DNA from: Verrucomicrobiota bacterium
GTDB lineage: Bacteria; Verrucomicrobiota; Verrucomicrobiia; Limisphaerales; AAA164-E04
Reading direction: 5' to 3'
NCBI GenBank assembly: GCA_047947115.1
Contig: CP170459.1
Coordinates: 1,632,001-1,696,000, forward strand
DNA length: 64,000 bases
Below the pieces are notes generated by a model that had not been told where the DNA came from, did no database searches, and was given only the letters and a program-made list of their open reading frames with translations. Every line of letters starts with the position of its first letter. Position 1 is the first letter of the stretch. Positions 21,605-31,799 of the stretch are shown here, in pieces. The translations under genes were made by a program, and so were the position numbers.

Positions 21605-22732
21605 ATGAAACGTTTGAATTACATTGCGAGTTTGGGCTTGCTGGGAGCTGTAGCGTTCTCTGTCAGTGCCGGTGAGCCCATTATTTTTGATCATTCAGCA
21701 AGAACTCAGACGCCTAAGTTTGAGTTTGGAGCGGAGAAAAAACTGGACGACGGCACGCAATTTCCGGATCGGAAGGGCAGCTCGGTTGAGGCTGTCGTGG
21801 CTCCCTGGCAGAACCCCATGAATTCGGGAAAGCTTGATGCCAAGCAGCGCAAGGCACTGATGGAGGCTTTGGACAAGAAGCAAAACTGGGCTTTTCAATC
21901 AGGGGAAGATTATCTTGGAACAGCCGATCTGGATGGGGTGGATACAGATGAAGATTCCTTTCCTTCATCCGACTTGGAGTCTAAATCCGCATCGCTCAAG
22001 CTTGCGGAACGCGTTTATTATGGTGATAAGAACAAAAAAGAATCCCTTAACAAACGAGAGCGCACCAAGCGGGAAAATCGTTTTAAGGACGACAAGGATA
22101 ACCTTTCCACGGACAACAAAAAAAATATGACTGGTGAGGAGTTGTTGGCTCAAAGTGGCGGCGTCGCAACACCTTCCTTCTACCAACAACAGTTCGACAG
22201 CCTTTTTCAATCGGGGCAGGGATTGAACAACAATACCAGCAAAGATTCGCTGGGTACCATGTCTCAAAGAGAGGTGACGGCTGCTAGCATGTTGGGCATG
22301 GGAAATTTGGTTCCAGAGCAGTATAAGCAAGGCAATCCCAGCTCCGGGCGTTCGCAGAGTTTCCAAAACCTCATGGATTCCAATTTCACGGGTTTATCAA
22401 CCAAAACCTCACAGAACACTTTGGGAAATCTTTCCCAAAACGGCTTGGGGGGCTCGGAAACAAGCGGATTGCTGGGTAACTTATCTGGTGTGAGCAGTAA
22501 CATAGTGCCCGGTAGGGAATTATCAGGAGGTTTGTCGAGCGGTTCCTTGAATTCCAGTCTCAATTCATTCAATTCCTCAAGAGCCTTGGGTGGGACACCC
22601 CTGGATCTGGGAAACAGTGGTTTTGCTCCATCCGGTCTTGGAGGGGGAGGTTTTAGTCCGCTTGCCAGTCCGAGTGCTGCTCCATCGGTGCAGCGTCCTA
22701 TTTTCTTCGAAATACCCAGAAGGGCCTTCTGA
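21605..22732 (+). CDS. Hypothetical exported protein with S/G/L/N-rich low-complexity C-terminal half
   Basis: Signal peptide MKRLNYIASLGLLGAVAFSVSA; long open frame. Confidence 0.7.
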   Translation: MKRLNYIASLGLLGAVAFSVSAGEPIIFDHSARTQTPKFEFGAEKKLDDGTQFPDRKGSSVEAVVAPWQNPMNSGKLDAKQRKALMEALDKKQNWAFQSGEDYLGTADLDGVDTDEDSFPSSDLESKSASLKLAERVYYGDKNKKESLNKRERTKRENRFKDDKDNLSTDNKKNMTGEELLAQSGGVATPSFYQQQFDSLFQSGQGLNNNTSKDSLGTMSQREVTAASMLGMGNLVPEQYKQGNPSSGRSQSFQNLMDSNFTGLSTKTSQNTLGNLSQNGLGGSETSGLLGNLSGVSSNIVPGRELSGGLSSGSLNSSLNSFNSSRALGGTPLDLGNSGFAPSGLGGGGFSPLASPSAAPSVQRPIFFEIPRRAF

Positions 22733-22734
22733 GA

Positions 22735-23967
22735 TCAAGGCATCGTAGGCCAGAGCAGGAGAGGCACTTCCGAACCGGCCTCCAGCTCGGAGGATTCCGG
22801 GACGGCCACCAGCCCTGAGGATGCTGCCAATGATCCCAGGGCATGAGATGCCTGGTTGGCTCCGGATTTGGTCAATCTGCCTCCGGCGTCGTGGTGCATT
22901 CTGAGATAAAGCCTGCGATCCCCAGGATTTTCCAGTTTTTCAGCTAGTAATCCTTGCGTGTAGGTATGTGAAAATGCCTTTTCCCCACCCAGTTTTACCA
23001 GCGCCGGATGCACCAGTAGAGTGAAGGTGACGGTGGCAGATACGGGGTTGCCAGGGAGTCCGAAGAGTGGCTTGGATTGGACATTGCCGAACACCAGCGG
23101 TTTGCCTGGCTTGATGCGGATACGCCAGAAATCGATGGTTCCTCCAAGGGATTCAATAGCCGGCTTGATAAAATCATAATCACCAACCGAAACCCCTCCG
23201 CTGGTTACGATGGCATCGCATTCATCGGCTGCTTTGGACAGGGATGAGCAGGTGGCTTCCAGACTGTCTTCCACAATAGGGTAGACGATTGGGTCGCATC
23301 CCGCCCGTTTGACCAGAGATTGGATCAAAACTCGATTGCTTTCATAGATACCTCCATCGGTGAGTGTCGTGCCCGGTTCGCAAAGTTCCGTGCCTGTTGC
23401 CAGGATGCCTACTTTGGGTCGACGATGGACCTGACATCGATGTGTTCCTGTTGCCGCAGCCAGAGCGACCTGAAAAGGGGAAAGTCGAATGCCCGGTTCA
23501 CAAATAAGGGTGCCTTCTTTGATGTCCTCGCCCCGAAACCGAACATTTTCAAAAGGTCGGACCGGATCCAGAACATGAATGGATTCGGGATGTTCATCAT
23601 CTTGGGCGGTATCCTCTTGCATGACCACGGCGTCAGCTCCGTCCGGCATGGGGGACCCGGTGAAGATGCGAATACAGGTGCCCGAGGTTACCCGGATTTT
23701 TGGTGTTGATCCGGCTGGGATTTCACCCAAACATTTTAATTTGATCGGGTTGGATATGGAAGAAGATTTAACATCGGCGGCCTGCAAAGCGTATCCATCC
23801 ATGGCCGAATTATCCCACACCGGCAGCGAAATGCCTGCCTTGAGTGCCGAGGAGATGATTCTTCCATCTGCTTCGTTGATGGATATTTCTTCCATTTCCA
23901 ACGGATTCATTTTGGTCATCATGCGTTCAAGCGCTTCTTCCAGTGTCAGCATCATGGGTGAAATCAT
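22735..23967 (-). CDS. moeA: Molybdopterin molybdotransferase
   Basis: DNSAMDGYA; IFTGSPMPDGADAVVMQED; TSGGVSVGDYD; LPGNPVS. Confidence 0.95.
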   Translation of the reverse strand: MISPMMLTLEEALERMMTKMNPLEMEEISINEADGRIISSALKAGISLPVWDNSAMDGYALQAADVKSSSISNPIKLKCLGEIPAGSTPKIRVTSGTCIRIFTGSPMPDGADAVVMQEDTAQDDEHPESIHVLDPVRPFENVRFRGEDIKEGTLICEPGIRLSPFQVALAAATGTHRCQVHRRPKVGILATGTELCEPGTTLTDGGIYESNRVLIQSLVKRAGCDPIVYPIVEDSLEATCSSLSKAADECDAIVTSGGVSVGDYDFIKPAIESLGGTIDFWRIRIKPGKPLVFGNVQSKPLFGLPGNPVSATVTFTLLVHPALVKLGGEKAFSHTYTQGLLAEKLENPGDRRLYLRMHHDAGGRLTKSGANQASHALGSLAASSGLVAVPESSELEAGSEVPLLLWPTMP

Positions 23968-24075
23968 AAAGCAGTATCTGGAGGGATGGAAATCCCGAAT
24001 CAGATTCCAATGACTAAAAAACGGAATTTAATTTGCAAAATGAGCGTTCATGACGGCAGGTTGGTGTGGTTTAAA

Positions 24076-24834
24076 ATGGTGGAAACGCAAGTTCAGCAGA
24101 ATGCTTATTATGATCCCGGCAATCAACGGGCACAGCGTGTATGTGACCTGTTCGATCGCATAGCGCGGCGTTACGATTTGATCAATGACGTGCAGAGCGC
24201 CGGGTTGCATCGTTTGTGGAAGCGTCGGGTGGTTCAAGAAGCGGGGATTTCCAATGGACAAACCGCTCTCGATGTGTGCTGCGGCACGGGGGATCTGGCC
24301 TTTTCCATGGCCCGCAAAGGAGCTCAGGTGACCGGCCTGGATTTCAGTCGGCAGATGTTGAACGTTGCCCGGCAGCGGGGTGCTTTTGTTAACAGGGATC
24401 GGTTGGAACATTCCTTTTCTACACCTACATTTGTCGAAGGGGACGCCATGCAGCTACCCTTCGAGGATGCTTCCTTTGATGTGTTGACCATGGCCTACGG
24501 GTTGAGGAATTTGAGTGATTGGAGAAAGGGGTTGTCAGAATGTCATCGAGTGCTTCGACCCGGCGGGCGGATGGTGATCCTCGATTTCGGAAAACCACCG
24601 AATCCCACCTGGCGTTCCCTGTATTTCAGTTACCTGCGTCTAATTGTGCCGGTCATGGGGTGGAGCCTGGTTGGTGATGCCGAGGCTTATCGTTATATTT
24701 TGACATCCCTGCAGCATTTTCCAGCCCAACGTGGCATTGAATCCGAGATGGTCCGGTTGGGTTGCCGACACGTCCGCACACACCTTTTTCTGGGTGGCGT
24801 GATGAGTTTGAATATGGCTTCCAAGCGCGGGTAA
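24076..24834 (+). CDS. ubiE: Menaquinone/ubiquinone biosynthesis methyltransferase (MenG/UbiE)
   Basis: FDRIARRYDLINDVQSAGLHRLWK; LDVCCGTGD; YGLRN; start inferred. Confidence 0.9.
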   Translation: MVETQVQQNAYYDPGNQRAQRVCDLFDRIARRYDLINDVQSAGLHRLWKRRVVQEAGISNGQTALDVCCGTGDLAFSMARKGAQVTGLDFSRQMLNVARQRGAFVNRDRLEHSFSTPTFVEGDAMQLPFEDASFDVLTMAYGLRNLSDWRKGLSECHRVLRPGGRMVILDFGKPPNPTWRSLYFSYLRLIVPVMGWSLVGDAEAYRYILTSLQHFPAQRGIESEMVRLGCRHVRTHLFLGGVMSLNMASKRG

Positions 24835-24855
24835 TGCATGCTCTCTCAGCGCCTC

Positions 24856-25695
24856 TCAATCCACAATACGTTTGGTGTGTGTGTAGGCATTGAATCGCTC
24901 CTCCCTCAGAAAACCGATGAGTGTTTGTCCATTGGCTTGCGCAAATTCGATGGCCAGGCTTGATGGCGCCGATGCAAATGCAACAGTTGGAATGCCCGCC
25001 GCCAGGGCCTTTTGAACGATTTCAAAGGAGGCTCGACTGGTGACAAGAAGGATGGTGTCTTGTAGACGCAATCCTCCCCGAAGCAAGCGGCCTCCGATGA
25101 CTTTATCCACGGCGTTGTGCCTTCCTACATCTTCCTTGATATCGATCAAGTGACCTTCAGCATTGAACAATGCCGCGGCATGAAGCCCTCCGGTAGTTTC
25201 GAAGCCGTGCTGTTTTCCATTGAATGATTGAAACAGCTGCAGGATGACGGAGGAACGGATGCTTGATGCGGTTTGGATGGGAGGGAATTTTGAACGTATG
25301 GCATCCACGGCGGATTTCCCGCACAGACCGCATCCTGAGGCGGCATAGCTAAACCTGCCCATCAGGTCTTCATCGAGTTTGATTTCCGGATGGAGAAAGA
25401 CATTCAGGACGTTTTCATTCAACTGGCTGCCTTGCTGGCAGTGTTCCAGATCGAGAATGTGTTCCGGTTTGCTGATCACTCCTTCACTCCAAAGATAGCC
25501 TGCCGCCAGACTTTTGTCATGGCCAGGGGTGCGCATGGTGACCAGAAGAGGTTTGCCTTGAATGCGGATCTCCAGAGGTTCCTCAACGGCTACTTCATCC
25601 TCCAGAGAGGTGGGGGCGGAGTGTGCCTGATAACGCACGACGATTTGCCGTCTGGTCTGCGATATGGTTGTCGCTTGAAACGAAAAACTTTTCAT
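24856..25695 (-). CDS. fdhD: Formate dehydrogenase accessory sulfurtransferase
   Basis: VAVEEPLEI; TMRTPG; SGCGLCGK; TGGLHAA; EDVGRHNAVDK. Confidence 0.95.
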   Translation of the reverse strand: MKSFSFQATTISQTRRQIVVRYQAHSAPTSLEDEVAVEEPLEIRIQGKPLLVTMRTPGHDKSLAAGYLWSEGVISKPEHILDLEHCQQGSQLNENVLNVFLHPEIKLDEDLMGRFSYAASGCGLCGKSAVDAIRSKFPPIQTASSIRSSVILQLFQSFNGKQHGFETTGGLHAAALFNAEGHLIDIKEDVGRHNAVDKVIGGRLLRGGLRLQDTILLVTSRASFEIVQKALAAGIPTVAFASAPSSLAIEFAQANGQTLIGFLREERFNAYTHTKRIVD

Positions 25696-26576
25696 TCAGC
25701 CGAGCCATTGTCGTCCCACAGCCACTTCAGGGTTTCGGGAAGAATGGCCCCACCGTGTTGTCCGCTATGGCTGCCTTCTCCCATGATGAAACGATAGTCG
25801 TATCCCATGAACTGGAGCGCCGCCGCCATTTCCTGATTGGCCAGCGGCCAATGGCCGTGCAGATTGTCGAGGTCGTTGGCGCCTTCTTGAAGGAAGATTT
25901 TCAGTGGTTTCTTTTCCGTTTTCCGAATCAAAAAGGGATATACATGGCCTCCGCGAATATTTACGAAGCTTCCAATGTGACTAATAACCTTGCCAAAGGC
26001 CTCGGGTCGTTCCCAGGCAACCGTAAATGCCGCTATGCCTCCGGAACTGATGCCGCAGATAGCGCGTTGTTTTGGGTCTTTGGAGATGTTGTATTGTAAC
26101 TCAATATGCGGAAGCAGTTCTTCCAGAAGAAAACGTGCATAGCGGTCCCCGAGCGAATCATATTCAAAACTCCTGTTCTGGCGTGGGGCCTGTCCGCTTT
26201 CAGAAGATGGGATGATGCCGGGATTGACGAACACACCGATCGTGACGGGCATCTCTCCACGGTGAATCAGGTTGTCGAACACGACAGGGGTTCTGAAACT
26301 TCCTGTCTCGCTGACATAGCTGCGGCCGTCGTTGAACACCGTCAGGCAGGCGGCGTTCTCCTTGTTGTATTGCGACGGCACATAGATCCAGTAGTCCCTT
26401 TTCGTCCCCGGAAAAATGTCGCTATGCCACACATCGTGATGAATGGTGCCTTTTGGGACGTTCGGCTGCGGTTGTGAATCCGGTCCCAATTTGTACTCGG
26501 CAGCCCCGGTGGTCAATCCGTACAGAGCAAGCAGGAGAACACATCCTCGTGTCATCATTGTCCAATGGTGTCTCAT
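25692..26576 (-). CDS. Exported alpha/beta-hydrolase, Fes/enterochelin-esterase-like
   Basis: Signal peptide; GISSGG nucleophile elbow; NRSFEYDS. Confidence 0.85.
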   Translation of the reverse strand: MRHHWTMMTRGCVLLLALYGLTTGAAEYKLGPDSQPQPNVPKGTIHHDVWHSDIFPGTKRDYWIYVPSQYNKENAACLTVFNDGRSYVSETGSFRTPVVFDNLIHRGEMPVTIGVFVNPGIIPSSESGQAPRQNRSFEYDSLGDRYARFLLEELLPHIELQYNISKDPKQRAICGISSGGIAAFTVAWERPEAFGKVISHIGSFVNIRGGHVYPFLIRKTEKKPLKIFLQEGANDLDNLHGHWPLANQEMAAALQFMGYDYRFIMGEGSHSGQHGGAILPETLKWLWDDNGSAE

Positions 26577-26696
26577 GGTATCTGCATGATGTTAGTTTGC
26601 CCTGTGGCAGGTCGCCAGCAGAAAAAAGGGACAAACATTTGAAGGATTGTAACCCTGACATTCGGCCTCATTCCTGCTACCATAGGGGCACTAGTT

Positions 26697-29600
26697 ATGC
26701 GCATCTTCAGAGAAAAACATTCGTTGAACCGTAATTATTCCGTGTATTTGAGTATGATTCTGCTTTCCATGGGCTTCTGCATTGGTGCAGGTACGCTCTT
26801 CGGGCAGTCTGTCGAAATCTCCGAATGGATGGCTTCGAATGACAATATTCTTATCGATGATGACGATGATCGGTCGGATTGGGTTGAGATCCATAACAAC
26901 AGTTTTACCGCCATTGACTTGAAAGGGTGGGTATTGACGGATGACCCGGAGCATCTGGATGTCTGGGAGTTTCCGTCCATCACCCTTTTTCCCAACGGAT
27001 ACATGGTTGTTTTTGCATCCGGTAAAGACCGCAAATCTCCCGGTGCACCGCTCCATACGCACTTCATTCTGGCTCGAGAGGGGGAATACCTGGCATTGCT
27101 TGACCCCTCCGGACAGGTTGCGACGGAGTTCGCTCCGAAGTATCCGGAGCAATTCAGTGATGTATCCTTTGGCTCCGGTGTCAGCCGGGCGGAGGAATTG
27201 GTGCTTTTGTCCGAACCGGCGCCCGCCCGCGCTCTGATTCCTACAGACGGCAGTTTGGGGACAACTTGGACCCAGGTTGATTTTGATGACAGCTCATGGC
27301 TGGCAGGGCGAACGGGAGTCGGATATGATTATGGCGGGCTTATCAACCTGGATGTAAGCCAGATGCGGGGCGCCAACACGACAGTCTATGCCCGTATTCC
27401 TTTTGACCTGGAGGAAATTCCCGCTCTGGATGCATTGCTGTTGCGCATACGGTATGAAGACGGGTATGTGGCCTATCTGAATGGAACAGAAATCGCCGCA
27501 GATAATGAACCTCCAGGTCTGGATTGGAGTTCGGGGTCCACTTCGGATCGTCCGGACAGCGAAGCGACGCAGGCCGTGGATGTGGATATTTCTTCTGCCA
27601 TAGATCTGTTGGTTGCAGGGAAAAACGTGTTAGCCATTCATGGTTTAAATCGGGCTTCAACCAGTTCCGACATCCTGATCTTGCCTGAAATCATTGGGCA
27701 GAAGAAAACCCAAGACGGTGCTTCGACTGGTTTCATGATGGCTCCATCCCCGGGGATGGCCAACTTTGATTCCGTGAGGGGTGTGGTTCCACCGGTGGAG
27801 TTTTCCGTGCCCAGTCAGGTCTTCGAAGGAAATCTTAACTTGATCCTGGCATTGCCGGAAGGATCGGATGAGGCACTTGAAATACGTTTTACCAGCGATG
27901 GTTCGCGGCCTTCCCCCAGCTCGACGCTTTATGATGCTCCAATATCCATCAGCGAAACGGTGCAGGTGCGGGCCATCGCCGTTTTGCCGGGGATGGGGCA
28001 AAGCATGATTCGTAGCGAGAGTTACATTGAAGTGAGCGGGCAAACACGGGATTTCAGTTCAAACCTACCGATTGTTGTTTTGGAAAACTATCGATCCGGA
28101 CGTCCCCCGCAGAATGCCAAGCAGGCCTCCTTCATGATGTTGTTTGAACCGGGTGAATCACGCTCCGGATTCGGCAAAGCCCCCACGCTGGCGACCCGCA
28201 GCGGCATCAAGGTGCGGGGTTCGAGTACCGCGGGTCGACCGAAACCTTCTCTGAGTCTGGAAGCCTGGAACGAGTATGATCAGAACAAGAACATCGCGCC
28301 CCTTGGCATGCCGTCCGAATCGGATTGGGTGTTGTGGGGGCCGTATAACTTCGACCTGACCTTGATGCATAATCCGTTTATTTACCAACTGAGCAACCAG
28401 ATTGGACGCTATGCGGTGAGGACCCGGTTCGTGGAGGTGTTTCTTAATGTCGATGGGGGGGCTTTGACGAATAACGACTATTATGGTGTGTACGCATTGA
28501 TGGAAAAAATCAGTCGTGACGAAGATCGGGTGGATGTGGAACGCATTTTTCCCGAGCACGACCGTGACCCCGGAGTGAGCGGCGGTTATATCTTTAAGAT
28601 CGATCGACCTGATCCGGGTGATTCGGGTTTTTCGGGAGCCGGGCAAAATGTTCGATATGTTTATCCCAAGGAGGTGGACATCGAGAGACCGGAGCGAGAT
28701 GCGCAAGAGGCATATCTAAGGCAGTTTTTTGGTGGCATGGGAACCGCTCTGGGCAGAACGAGCCTCGCTGATGGGGAGGATGGATACTCCGGCTTCATCG
28801 ATATTGACGCGGCGATTGATCATCATCTGTTGAATGTGTTGGCGTTCAATGTCGATGCCCTGCGTTTAAGCGGGTATTTCCACAAACATCGCAATGGGAA
28901 ATTGGTCTTTGGCCCGATATGGGATTTTGATCGCGCCTTGGGATCCACCGACGGGCGGGACTCCAATCCTCGCGTGTGGCGCAGTGCGAGTGGTGACCGG
29001 GGGACAGACTTTTTCAATTATCCATGGTGGAGTGATATGTTCAGGGATCTGGACTTCTGGCAGCGATATATTGATCGGTATCAGGAACTGCGTCGAGCTG
29101 AATTCGGCGTGGATCACATTCACGGCATCATCGATTCGATGGCGGATGAACTGCGTGAAGCCCAGCCAAGAAATGTGGAACGCTGGGGAACATCTCCCAG
29201 GGGAGGATCCTATCAGAATGAAATCAATCGCATGAAAAACTGGTTGGCGGACCGCATTGATTTCATGGACAGTCAGTTCGTTCAACCCGCGGAAATCACG
29301 ATAACCGGAACGGGGCAAAATCGCCGGGCTACCATGAACCCTGGTGGTGAAGGTGTGATTTATTACACACTGGATGGAACGGATCCCCGATCCATGGGAG
29401 GGAATCCTTCTCCGCAAGCCAGGATCTATGGTGAGCCCATTTCACTGACGGACAGCGCCGTCATCATTGCCCGAGTGCTCCATTCGGGGCATCGAAGCCT
29501 GACCGGCGCCAATAACCCGCCTTTGACGAGCAAGTGGTCCGGCATGACGCAGCAACTGGTTTCACTGGCTGCGCCTGCGGTGCCGGGTGATTTGGTGGTG

Positions 29601-30335
29601 ACCGAAATACATTTTAATCCCTCATCACCCAGTGCGGAAGAGCTGCAGATCGATTCTTCCTTCCGTAATGAGGATTTTGAATTTGTTGAAATACGAAGCC
29701 TCGCGTCGCATGCCATTGAACTTGCCGGGCTTCGTATCATTGACGGGATTCGCTATGCGTTTCCCGTCCATACATCAATGGTGTTGAAGCCCGGATCCTA
29801 CGCTGTCTTGGCCAAAAACCTGAAAGCATTCAGAGTGCGCTATCCTGAAGTTCAAGTGCCTGTTGTGGGGGGGTATGATGGGAACCTGTCCAACGGGGGA
29901 GAATTGCTGGCCATTGAATTTGTGAATAATGGTGGACTTTACGCGCTTGCTTTTGACGACGATTGGTATGCCAAAACCGATGGTGAAGGGTATTCGCTGG
30001 TGCTCAAAGACGAGCGGGTATTGCCGGACATTGGTTCTTCATTGGAAGTTTGGCGCGAGAGCAGCGTCCTGCATGGATCTCCGGGTATGGTTGACCCTGG
30101 ATTGGTTCAACTGCGCATCGCGTCGATTGAAGCCCCCAGTGGTTCGGTCGTCATCGAATGGCCAGGGCAAGCTGGAGTGACTTATGTGGTCGAGTACACC
30201 GATTCCCTAGAGAACCCAGATTGGCGCATGTTGAGATTGGTGCCCCCGTTAGTCGAGAACGGGGATCTTTCCATAACGGATGGTGAACCGGGTAATGATA
30301 CGCGCTTTTACCGGCTCCGGGTTCCGTCCCTTTGA
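26697..30335 (+). CDS. Secreted multi-domain protein: lamin-tail domains, chitobiase/Fn3-like domains, CotH kinase domain
   Basis: ISEWMASN..SDWVEIHN; IKVRGSST; FGPIWDFDRALG; YYTLDGTDPR; VTEIHFNP..EFVEI; C-terminal RFYRLRV. Confidence 0.85.
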   Translation: MRIFREKHSLNRNYSVYLSMILLSMGFCIGAGTLFGQSVEISEWMASNDNILIDDDDDRSDWVEIHNNSFTAIDLKGWVLTDDPEHLDVWEFPSITLFPNGYMVVFASGKDRKSPGAPLHTHFILAREGEYLALLDPSGQVATEFAPKYPEQFSDVSFGSGVSRAEELVLLSEPAPARALIPTDGSLGTTWTQVDFDDSSWLAGRTGVGYDYGGLINLDVSQMRGANTTVYARIPFDLEEIPALDALLLRIRYEDGYVAYLNGTEIAADNEPPGLDWSSGSTSDRPDSEATQAVDVDISSAIDLLVAGKNVLAIHGLNRASTSSDILILPEIIGQKKTQDGASTGFMMAPSPGMANFDSVRGVVPPVEFSVPSQVFEGNLNLILALPEGSDEALEIRFTSDGSRPSPSSTLYDAPISISETVQVRAIAVLPGMGQSMIRSESYIEVSGQTRDFSSNLPIVVLENYRSGRPPQNAKQASFMMLFEPGESRSGFGKAPTLATRSGIKVRGSSTAGRPKPSLSLEAWNEYDQNKNIAPLGMPSESDWVLWGPYNFDLTLMHNPFIYQLSNQIGRYAVRTRFVEVFLNVDGGALTNNDYYGVYALMEKISRDEDRVDVERIFPEHDRDPGVSGGYIFKIDRPDPGDSGFSGAGQNVRYVYPKEVDIERPERDAQEAYLRQFFGGMGTALGRTSLADGEDGYSGFIDIDAAIDHHLLNVLAFNVDALRLSGYFHKHRNGKLVFGPIWDFDRALGSTDGRDSNPRVWRSASGDRGTDFFNYPWWSDMFRDLDFWQRYIDRYQELRRAEFGVDHIHGIIDSMADELREAQPRNVERWGTSPRGGSYQNEINRMKNWLADRIDFMDSQFVQPAEITITGTGQNRRATMNPGGEGVIYYTLDGTDPRSMGGNPSPQARIYGEPISLTDSAVIIARVLHSGHRSLTGANNPPLTSKWSGMTQQLVSLAAPAVPGDLVVTEIHFNPSSPSAEELQIDSSFRNEDFEFVEIRSLASHAIELAGLRIIDGIRYAFPVHTSMVLKPGSYAVLAKNLKAFRVRYPEVQVPVVGGYDGNLSNGGELLAIEFVNNGGLYALAFDDDWYAKTDGEGYSLVLKDERVLPDIGSSLEVWRESSVLHGSPGMVDPGLVQLRIASIEAPSGSVVIEWPGQAGVTYVVEYTDSLENPDWRMLRLVPPLVENGDLSITDGEPGNDTRFYRLRVPSL

Positions 30336-30372
30336 AGCCGTTTGCCAGATGGGTGACCCTTCAGGGGCGTGG

Positions 30373-30579
30373 TTATTTCCTGCCGGACCTGACATTCATG
30401 GAAAGGATGCTGGCGCCATGCGTCACCAATCCTGATCCGCCCACGATGATCCGCTTGCAGGGGAGGCCTGTTTCCGGATCGTGGGTCAGCGCGTCTTCGC
30501 TCATTTTTTGTTCTATTTCAAACCGCCTTGGCTTTTGCCCTTTCTTTTGCGGAATGGTTTCGTAAACATAAATCGCCAT
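30373..30579 (-). CDS. FmdB-like small protein (zinc-ribbon family, mostly lacking Cys)
   Basis: MAIYVYE..FEIEQKMSEDALTHDPETGLPCKRII. Confidence 0.7.
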   Translation of the reverse strand: MAIYVYETIPQKKGQKPRRFEIEQKMSEDALTHDPETGLPCKRIIVGGSGLVTHGASILSMNVRSGRK

Positions 30580-30695
30580 ATGAGTATCAATCGTTTGAAT
30601 GTCTTCCTTTTTTCATTCCAACAGGAGGTTGGAATGTCAAGGCTGTAACCTGCAGGTATTTCTTGGTCGTGGTTGAATTAATCCTTAAATGCCTC

Positions 30696-31799
30696 ATGAG
30701 ATCCTGCTCCGGCATGCTTCTTCATGCGTCTGGTAAGCGCGTCCGAGAGGTGTCGCTCTGGGTGCTGATGGGATGTCTGGCCGGAGTCTCAAGCGGATGT
30801 CGATCCGTTGCTTACTATCATCAGGCCGCCCTTGGGCAATGGCACATCGAACGTTCCAAAGAGTCTATCCATCAGCTTTTGGGCGACCCGGAAACACCTG
30901 AAGAACTGAAAGCCAAGTTCCGTTTGATTCGAGAATTGCGTCAATTTGCCTATTGGTCGCTCAAGCTGCCCTCCGAGCACGCATACGACTCATACGTGGC
31001 CCTTCATCGGGATTATGTGGTATGGAATGTAACGGCATGTCCTGAATATTCCATGGAACCCCGGCGATGGTGGTATCCTTTTTTGGGCAGATTGAAGTAT
31101 CGAGGGTATTTTGACCCGGATGATGCGCATGCTTATGCGCGTGAATTGAAAACCGATGGTCAGGATGTGACCGTTGAGGGGGTGGTGGCTTATTCGACCC
31201 TCGGGTGGTTTAATGATCCCGTTTTTGACACTTACCTGGATTGGAAGGATGTGGCGATTGCCGAATTGTTGTTTCACGAGCTTTCGCATCAAAAGGTGTT
31301 CCTCTCCGGGGAAACCGATTGGAATGAGGCTTTTGCCGTGGTGACCGCCCGCGCCGGTGTGCGTGCATGGCTGAGCACCCAGTCCCGATGGGATGATTTG
31401 CGAGAGTATGAGGAAGATATCGATCTGGAGGATTTGTTCATCGGCATGATTCTGGAGACCAAGGCGGATCTGGAATCATTATATGCCTTCTTTCAATTGC
31501 CCGATGCGGCGGGTTTGACCGATGTGGAAAAGGCTCGGCAGAAACAGGCCGTGTATGATGGTTTTCGTGAGCGCTTCGCGCAGGCCCAATCAAAGCATGA
31601 AAGATTGAATGCTTATGCGGCCTGGGTGGGTCAACCCTTGAATAATGCCAGGCTCAGTGCAGTGGATACCTACTATCAGTGGGTTCCCATGTTCGAAAAA
31701 ATGCTGGCCGATGCCGAGGGTGATTGGGAGGCTTATTACGGGTCTGTCAAATCATTGGACGACGCTGGGTCACGGCCTGGGCTGGCGGATGATTTATGA
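30696..31799 (+). CDS. Putative Zn aminopeptidase (DUF2265-like), lipoprotein
   Basis: SGC lipobox-like site; YRGYF; AYSTLGWFNDP; HELSHQ; start inferred. Confidence 0.8.
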   Translation: MRSCSGMLLHASGKRVREVSLWVLMGCLAGVSSGCRSVAYYHQAALGQWHIERSKESIHQLLGDPETPEELKAKFRLIRELRQFAYWSLKLPSEHAYDSYVALHRDYVVWNVTACPEYSMEPRRWWYPFLGRLKYRGYFDPDDAHAYARELKTDGQDVTVEGVVAYSTLGWFNDPVFDTYLDWKDVAIAELLFHELSHQKVFLSGETDWNEAFAVVTARAGVRAWLSTQSRWDDLREYEEDIDLEDLFIGMILETKADLESLYAFFQLPDAAGLTDVEKARQKQAVYDGFRERFAQAQSKHERLNAYAAWVGQPLNNARLSAVDTYYQWVPMFEKMLADAEGDWEAYYGSVKSLDDAGSRPGLADDL

